From assembly GCA_963668625.2 (NCBI GenBank), contig CAXXKA010000008.1, positions 1,152,001 to 1,216,000 on the forward strand: a DNA stretch of 64,000 nucleotides, given 5' to 3'. This stretch comes from an uncultured candidate division Zixibacteria bacterium. GTDB lineage: Bacteria; Zixibacteria; MSB-5A5; UBA10806; 4484-95. The notes under the pieces were generated by a model, which saw only the letters and a program-made list of their open reading frames with translations, made no database searches and was not told the DNA's origin. A program made the position numbers and the translations under genes. Positions 59,101-64,000 of the stretch are shown piece after piece (position 1 is the stretch's first letter; each line of letters starts with the position of its first letter).

Positions 59101-59950
59101 CGGCGTTAATCTAATCCACACCTCTGCGGCCGTGGTGAAAGGCAACACTTTCACTCACAATGTTCACGAAGGATATGGCGCCGATATCGTAGCACAGTAT
59201 GCCAGAAACGACACTATCTGCTATAACCTGTTCGAGAGTTCTTACGGTAGAGGTACTATCTATATCGAAAACAGTGAGATGGCTCTCTACAACAATACTC
59301 TGGATGGTATACAGACCGATGGACATGGAATCTGCGCTATGGTCAGGGGCTATCTGGATTGTCGCAACAATATCATTGTTAATTTCCCGACATATGGTTT
59401 CTATGCGGGAGGTGATGCCCGGATTACCGCCGACTACAATGATGTTTACAGGTACGGTTTAAGACCCTATGCCGGTAATGTCGATTGGGGTCGTAACAAT
59501 ATAGAGGCCGATCCGATATTCGTAGACTACTACAGGCTCGATCTCAGATCCCCCTGTGTTGACAGAGGTGATCCTGATCCGTTCTTCAACGATCCGGATA
59601 ATACCCGCAACGATATGGGCTGGAAAGCTCTTAGTATGTTGCTGGCCAGAGGCTCTGTCGAGATAGATGAGAATCCGGCAATACCTTCCGATTTCGCTCT
59701 CAAGCAGAACTACCCTAATCCGTTCAACGCCACGGCTATCATCGAATATGCATTGCCCGAGGCATCCCAGGTAACCGTTAAAGTATACGATATTCTGGGA
59801 CGCATGGTAACAACGCTCGTCGATGGTTACGAACCCGCCGGTTACTATCAGGTGAAATGGAATGCCGAGGGAGTACCCTCAGGTACATATTTCTACCGGA
59901 TACAGGCGCAGGATTTCTCCGATTCCAAAAAGATGTTACTCCTTAAGTAA
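56102..59950 (+). CDS. Secreted C25 (gingipain-family) cysteine peptidase with a propeptide, two right-handed beta-helix modules and a T9SS-A-type CTD
   Basis: G.PQLP propeptide, YVLLVG, SD.YY, GRF, NYRGHG (His), SIACY (Cys), LGDP; two modules beginning TIQ/SIQ.A; NYPNPFN. Confidence 0.9.
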   Translation: MMRRYATLTAIVVICAVTLGFAAPNWVSINGPIHQPEVTVLKATESETILECNIAGFYSDDVFANGETFQDLSFPGYYTTLEIGKPQLPVITEIVAIPAGAKVRVDVEVFDSKVISGYNVMPYQTPVLENQVSATFDKDAKAYLLDDLYPAKIAEVNGQGDWRSLKVATLKVYPVQYNAVKDELVIHSNIKVTLTYSGSTDGYNTGRSIPESYDRIFSNTVINYDRLNLPVRQFGSVRTEAYDLLIIAADAYVAGLGSFVTYKEAAGYSTTLVPVSTVGYTVTDIKNYIQDEYDNNDISYVLLVGNENDIPGYTGYSSFSDYYYTLLDGGDDFADIGIGRFCIHNSTELGWMLEKSVAYESDPPTGDWLDNALLVANAQNAPYKYQQCKERIRTAEETPSGTYSVLYPEFTTAYGADSAYGGDNATNADVIEYINEGMRVVNYRGHGSYTAWSSWNYLGQSFGPSQIDSLDNGAMTPILFSIACYNNNIQYGSYCLGEYFTLTEDAAVAVLSASRPSYTVANHTYDKKLFSAIFDEGINATSDASNAAAALIITQHGSIGLANARMYIWLGDPTLQVIYEEPEPVVRHVPAQYGTIQAAINACNDLDTVMVASGTYNEAIDFLGKNIVVTSSGGADVTTIHGVYRSRPVVYFQSGEPKGAELSGFTITFGQKSGIYIYRSSPTVKDCIITGNYSQDSRSGGGISLIGTVGAVIRDNIILENHAYEYGAGMYLERCNSDTIAYNVIYKNWGNTEVRCIASNSLFHNNIIIATEALNHCITSQEHGDIVLKSNILMKGSRCAVYAFDGGTAAIYYNCFYSNRENWCGDIIVGHGNFDRNPLLTKDWRTPPESPCLDAGWPGLMEPRRYWPDPDGTRNDIGVFPVYQVDVSNGPVYYSIQRAVNAVEDGDFVLVHPGAYHPVNFIGKRIVVTSSEGPERTSIVGAMAEAPCVYMQSGEPKGAELSGFTVRGGGRGAIYCYRSSPTILDNIIKENTSSELYRGAGVNLIHTSAAVVKGNTFTHNVHEGYGADIVAQYARNDTICYNLFESSYGRGTIYIENSEMALYNNTLDGIQTDGHGICAMVRGYLDCRNNIIVNFPTYGFYAGGDARITADYNDVYRYGLRPYAGNVDWGRNNIEADPIFVDYYRLDLRSPCVDRGDPDPFFNDPDNTRNDMGWKALSMLLARGSVEIDENPAIPSDFALKQNYPNPFNATAIIEYALPEASQVTVKVYDILGRMVTTLVDGYEPAGYYQVKWNAEGVPSGTYFYRIQAQDFSDSKKMLLLK

Positions 59951-59965
59951 CACACGATAACGATT

Positions 59966-59996
59966 ATCCGGTAAGCCGTATTGCGGCTTACCGGAT
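59966..59996. repeat. 13-bp perfect inverted repeat (terminator or processing stem)
   Basis: ATCCGGTAAGCCG-TATTG-CGGCTTACCGGAT, with no clear U tract. Confidence 0.6.
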
Positions 59997-60091
59997 TCTC
60001 AGCATGGTAGTAGCATACTATCAGGGCATATTTTTCGGAAAAGAAAACGAAAGACTTTAAAAATTGTACTTTAATGAAAGTTGGAGGACTT

Positions 60092-62311
60092 ATGAATAGG
60101 ATAGCAACAATCTTAATTTTAGGATTCATGCTGATAGCATCAACAGCAATGGCTGCAACGATGGTCGTCCCTGATAGCTATGGAACGATTCAAGCGGGCA
60201 TCAATGCTTGTTCCTCGGGTGATACCGTTTTGGTAAATCCCGGCACCTATACCGAAAACCTGTATTACGGTAGCACGGATGTTGTTGTGATAAGTGCTAA
60301 AGGAGCTGACAGCACAACGATTAGCGCCGCTAACAGCAACTACGCTACAGTCAGAATGATCAATGCCACTGGCTCTTTGGTAGAGCTTAATGGATTTACG
60401 GTTACCGGAAGTAATTATGGTGGTATTTACTGTGTTGGCGTTACTGCTATTATCAAAAACAATATCGTTGAAGATAACAGCAGTAGCTATCAGTATAACA
60501 GTGGTGGAATTGATCTTAACCAAACTTATGGGTCAATTATTTCGGGTAATATCATTCGCGAAAACACTGCTCAAACATACGGTTCAGCCATAAACATGAC
60601 TACCTGTAATTATGATACAATTCGCTATAACCTGATCTACGATAATTACGGGAATGACGAAATCTATTGTCGAGGAACTATCGCAGCTATATATAATAAC
60701 ACCATTGATGTTGATAGTACATCCCGACATGGTATTTCAAATACAATCTTTGGCACTATCAATTGCCGGAATAATATTGTCGTGAACGCACCTGACCCAT
60801 ATTACGGTATTTATGGCGGTAACGGTGGTTCGGCAATAGTGGCATATAACCAACTGGATTGTGATAATATGTATGGTGGTGATAGTGTTATCGTTCAAGC
60901 CGGCAATTCCGATTACTCGGCCGGATTCCTGGGAGGAGTTGGCTATGAGGAGGATTATTACGATCTCAGTCCATTCTCCAGCTGTGTAGATACCGGTGAC
61001 CCCGATACTTTCTTCAATGATTTCGACGGCAGCAGGAACGATAGAGGCTGGCGGCCGTGGAATTATAATTTGCCTGTCTTGTTCGTACCCACTCAATATG
61101 CTACCATTCAGGATGCTATAGATGCAGCCGAGGATGAGGAAACAATTGTCGTATTCCCCGGAACATATACCGAAAACATCGATTTCCTCGGTAAAGAGAT
61201 CATCGTATGCAGCGACTCGGGCGCCGATGTCACCACGATCCAAGCATCAACTACTACTCAACCGGTCGTGCGGATAGATTCCAACGAGCCTAAAGGAACC
61301 GAGCTAAATGGTTTTACTATTACCGGCAGCAATTATGGCGGTATTTACTGCTATGGCTCCTCAGCTAGAATCGTTAATAACATTATTGAGGATAACTACA
61401 GCAGTTCGACTAACAATGGTGGCGGTATTGATTTAAATTACACCTCCAGCACATTCATCTCCGGTAATGTTTTCCGTTATGATAGCGCTTATACCTATGG
61501 TTCAGCGATTCATGCGGAATACGCCGAAAATGACACTATCTGCTATAATCTTATTTATAATTGCTGGGGTTACAATGAGATACGCTGTCTGAGATCCAAA
61601 ATTGCGATCTACAACAATACTATTGATGTTGATGGTTCAAGGTTTGGCGGAATATCCAATCAGCTTTCCGATACCATTGACTGCCGGAATAATATCATCG
61701 TTGGGGTGCCTGATGTTTTCGCGGGTGTTTACGCTGTTGGGATTTACGCTGCTAATGGGGGTTATGCAAGAGTGGCCTATAATTGTATATATGATGCTCC
61801 TAATGGAGAAACAGGCGGCGCCGGGATTATCACCGAAACCGGTAATATCACCGGTAATCCGCTATTCTGGGGTATGCCCGCCGATGATCCCGACTACTAC
61901 GATATCCGGCCGTTCTCGCCATGCGTGGATGCCGGTGATACCAACTCGTTCTTCAATGACTCGGATGATTCCAGAAACGATATGGGTTGGAAACCATATT
62001 ACCTGGCTGCGAAAATCGGCCTGCCTCAAACCGACACCCCGATTCCGGAATCTTTCTCCTTACTCAGGAACTATCCTAATCCATTTAACGCCACTACTAC
62101 GATCGAATACAATATCCCCGAGGCCTCAAACGTGGTTTTAGATGTTTACGATATTCTCGGCAGGCATGTCACGCGACTGGTGGACTCTTACCAGAATGCA
62201 GGCCCTCATACCGTAGTTTGGAATGCCGGCAGTGTTACCTCCGGTACATATTTCTACAGAGTGCAGGCGGAGAATTTCGATCAATCAGAGAAGATGTTAC
62301 TGCTCAAATAA
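60092..62311 (+). CDS. Secreted tandem right-handed beta-helix (pectin-lyase-like) protein with a T9SS-A-type CTD
   Basis: SD GGAGG, signal peptide, two VP..Y.TIQ.....GTYTEN...SPCVD.GD...ND.D.SRND.GW modules, NYPNPFN. Confidence 0.85.
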   Translation: MNRIATILILGFMLIASTAMAATMVVPDSYGTIQAGINACSSGDTVLVNPGTYTENLYYGSTDVVVISAKGADSTTISAANSNYATVRMINATGSLVELNGFTVTGSNYGGIYCVGVTAIIKNNIVEDNSSSYQYNSGGIDLNQTYGSIISGNIIRENTAQTYGSAINMTTCNYDTIRYNLIYDNYGNDEIYCRGTIAAIYNNTIDVDSTSRHGISNTIFGTINCRNNIVVNAPDPYYGIYGGNGGSAIVAYNQLDCDNMYGGDSVIVQAGNSDYSAGFLGGVGYEEDYYDLSPFSSCVDTGDPDTFFNDFDGSRNDRGWRPWNYNLPVLFVPTQYATIQDAIDAAEDEETIVVFPGTYTENIDFLGKEIIVCSDSGADVTTIQASTTTQPVVRIDSNEPKGTELNGFTITGSNYGGIYCYGSSARIVNNIIEDNYSSSTNNGGGIDLNYTSSTFISGNVFRYDSAYTYGSAIHAEYAENDTICYNLIYNCWGYNEIRCLRSKIAIYNNTIDVDGSRFGGISNQLSDTIDCRNNIIVGVPDVFAGVYAVGIYAANGGYARVAYNCIYDAPNGETGGAGIITETGNITGNPLFWGMPADDPDYYDIRPFSPCVDAGDTNSFFNDSDDSRNDMGWKPYYLAAKIGLPQTDTPIPESFSLLRNYPNPFNATTTIEYNIPEASNVVLDVYDILGRHVTRLVDSYQNAGPHTVVWNAGSVTSGTYFYRVQAENFDQSEKMLLLK

Positions 62312-62344
62312 TCAACTACTACCGAACAGACTGATTCTGTTGTC

Positions 62345-62371
62345 AAAGCGGGCCCGAATGGGCTCGCTTTT
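62345..62371. terminator. Bidirectional terminator
   Basis: AAAGCGGGCCC-GAAT-GGGCTCGCTTT between convergent genes. Confidence 0.75.
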
Positions 62372-62372
62372 A

Positions 62373-62657
62373 TTATTTAAGCATCAAATCCACAACAGTC
62401 GCGCCCCAGTTTCCGCCACTGCCTTCCTCGTGACGATAGGAGACTACGGCGGGGTGCTTGTCCAGAATACTATGGACAATTCGCCTCAAGGTACCGGTGC
62501 CTTTGCCATGAATAATCCTAATTCTGAAAAGCCCGTGTTCCAGGCAAGCCTCTATATAGTCAGGCACCAGGCTTTTTATTTCTCCGGGATGGAACGTGTG
62601 TAAATCGAGAGTGCCGTTTATCGGGTAGTCAACAGGGTTGTTGTCATCGCTATGCAT
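62373..62657 (-). CDS. Stand-alone Smr/MutS2 domain protein
   Basis: LDLH, RIIHGKGTG.LR, GNWGAT.V. Confidence 0.9.
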   Translation of the reverse strand: MHSDDNNPVDYPINGTLDLHTFHPGEIKSLVPDYIEACLEHGLFRIRIIHGKGTGTLRRIVHSILDKHPAVVSYRHEEGSGGNWGATVVDLMLK

Positions 62658-62699
62658 GGTACGATATTAAGTTATTAGTATGATTTACGCAATAAAATT

Positions 62700-62723
62700 A
62701 ACCCCCATCATTCGACGGGGGTT
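62700..62723 (-). terminator. Probable terminator of the 53-aa ORF
   Basis: AACCCCCATC-ATTC-GACGGGGGTT with an A-rich left flank. Confidence 0.55.
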
Positions 62724-62757
62724 GAGTTGGGACTGCGGGAATTACTTAAGAGAAATT

Positions 62758-62919
62758 TTATTTATTTTCGGGATTATCTTTGTTGTCAAACGGATTGTCT
62801 TTCCAGGGATCGTACTTAGTCGGATCATCCTCACCGCTTAATGACCACGACTCGTTCATTGCTTGCTCTTCGGCTTTTCTATTCTTCTCTATCAAATAAT
62901 CAATAAACCTGTTTTTCAT
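62758..62919 (-). CDS. Small protein (53 aa) absent from the ORF track
   Basis: MKNRFIDYLIEKNRKAEEQAMNESWSLSGEDDPTKYDPWKDNPFDNKDNPENK; SD AAGGAGAGG upstream and a terminator downstream. Confidence 0.6.
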   Translation of the reverse strand: MKNRFIDYLIEKNRKAEEQAMNESWSLSGEDDPTKYDPWKDNPFDNKDNPENK

Positions 62920-63571
62920 TTACCTCTCCTTTTTTACTATACTACTATTCAAAAATGAGACCAATACTGTTATAAACATGAAAAAAATAGGTTAATAACT
63001 TAAAAGACAACAACTTGGTTGAAACAATTGTGGAATAGCTGTATTTTATCCACAGTGTCAAAATCGGCGGAGTATAACTTTTGCGACACATATTTGTTAA
63101 TATCATGAATAGTATTGCACTATATTCCATCGCCATAGAGCCAAATTGTTAAGTAATTATTACATTTAAGTATTTATTTAAAAATCGACCTTATTGATGA
63201 TTTATAGATTTATAGATTTATTTTTACGGAAAATTGAATTTTACTTGCTATTTGATCAAGATATTAATAGAATTTTACAATTATATGGCCTGTCTCATGA
63301 TGTTGGATGCATGAGCAGGGGGAATGTCGGAAGAGAGCATTGTAAGAAAGTTGACCTTTATACCGAACAATTTCTAATAGTTTTAAGTATTATATTAGCT
63401 GGAGATTAAATCGGGAAACGAAGGATAAATATATTAGTTCATTTAAGGGAAAGAAAGGAGGTCTGAATAGATAGTTGGCTATTGAACTGGCAAATTATAA
63501 CATTCATATCCGGTAAGCCAATATAAGTTGTATTTTTACTTTTTTGAGAAATTATTAAGGAGATGTCGTTG

Positions 63572-64000
63572 ATGAGTGAATTCGTTTATAGAAACGGTAA
63601 TAATCGCAATAAAAATGAACGAGTGATGATTTTTATAGATGGCAACAATCTTTATCACAGTTTGAAGCATGTGATAGGACGTACCAATCTTGAGTTTGAA
63701 AAGTTTTCATCAAGGTTATCCGGCGATAGACATCTTATTAGGACCTACTACTATAACGCGCCGCTTAATAGAGAAGATGATGATGAAAAGCATCGCCAGC
63801 AACAGTCGTTTTTCGATTCGTTGGATTCGGTGCCGTATCTGACTAAACGGTTTGGCCGTCTGGAAAAACGCGTAGTTCGTCATACTATGCCGGATGGCAC
63901 GTTCGTATCCACCCCGACTTATGTCGAGAAAGGTGTCGATACGCATATCGTTATAGATATGTTGACATTCGCGTTTAAAGATACCTATGACACCGCCATT
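63572..64000 (+). CDS. NYN domain (LabA/DUF88, PIN-like) protein, 3'-truncated by the window
   Basis: Hand translation gives RVMIFIDGNNLYH, RTYYYNA, EKGVDTHIVIDML, YDTAI; SD AAGGAG. Confidence 0.9.
   Translation, partial: MSEFVYRNGNNRNKNERVMIFIDGNNLYHSLKHVIGRTNLEFEKFSSRLSGDRHLIRTYYYNAPLNREDDDEKHRQQQSFFDSLDSVPYLTKRFGRLEKRVVRHTMPDGTFVSTPTYVEKGVDTHIVIDMLTFAFKDTYDTAI

Noticed and set aside
62935-62948. DnaA-trio-like TACTATACTACTAT
   Set aside because: It is not placed just downstream of a DnaA box and fits better as the -10 region of the small ORF.
63194-63409. 71-aa ORF in the AT-rich spacer
   Set aside because: No SD, low complexity, and it runs through the GATTTATA repeats.
1-64000. Many short antisense or alternate-frame ORFs in the track (for example 4732-5340, 29014-29763, 7465-8040)
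   Set aside because: They overlap well-supported genes and lack motifs or ribosome-binding sites.
1-64000. CRISPR array, tRNA/rRNA, transposase, prophage, defence island
   Set aside because: None recognised by eye. The Fic, Smr and NYN genes are not clustered with defence genes, though the right-hand NYN context is cut off.

Overview
Ordinary bacterial chromosomal segment with about 47 protein genes. I recognised no rRNA, tRNA, CRISPR array, transposase or phage gene. Four secreted proteins with NYPNPFN-type (T9SS-A/FlgD-Ig) C-terminal domains, a dockerin-bearing protein, a TonB receptor and anaerobic Fe-S enzymes suggest a Gram-negative anaerobe of the FCB group, most like candidate Zixibacteria (inference). 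The gene set includes S9, M1 and C25 peptidases, two transglutaminase-like proteins, hflKC, recA, a Tat-exported SOD, luxS-mtnN, and a TPP-riboswitch TonB/SSS thiamine uptake unit with thiN. The most notable locus is a 4-gene operon at 8662-15013. It encodes a HydABC/Bfu-type flavo-Fe-S core with no hydrogenase or formate dehydrogenase active site: a NuoE-like subunit with an 8-Cys extension, a NuoF-like subunit fused to a GltD/NfnB module, and a minimal NuoG-like subunit. The fourth gene is a stand-alone FMN glutamate-synthase-like protein, making the operon a candidate electron-bifurcating amino-acid redox complex. Non-coding signals include four sigma28-like promoters (one defining a candidate sRNA), a Gram-positive-type LexA box in the recA promoter, several leaderless genes, and an oriC-like AT-rich region near the right end. 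All calls come from motif reading only; no searches were run.
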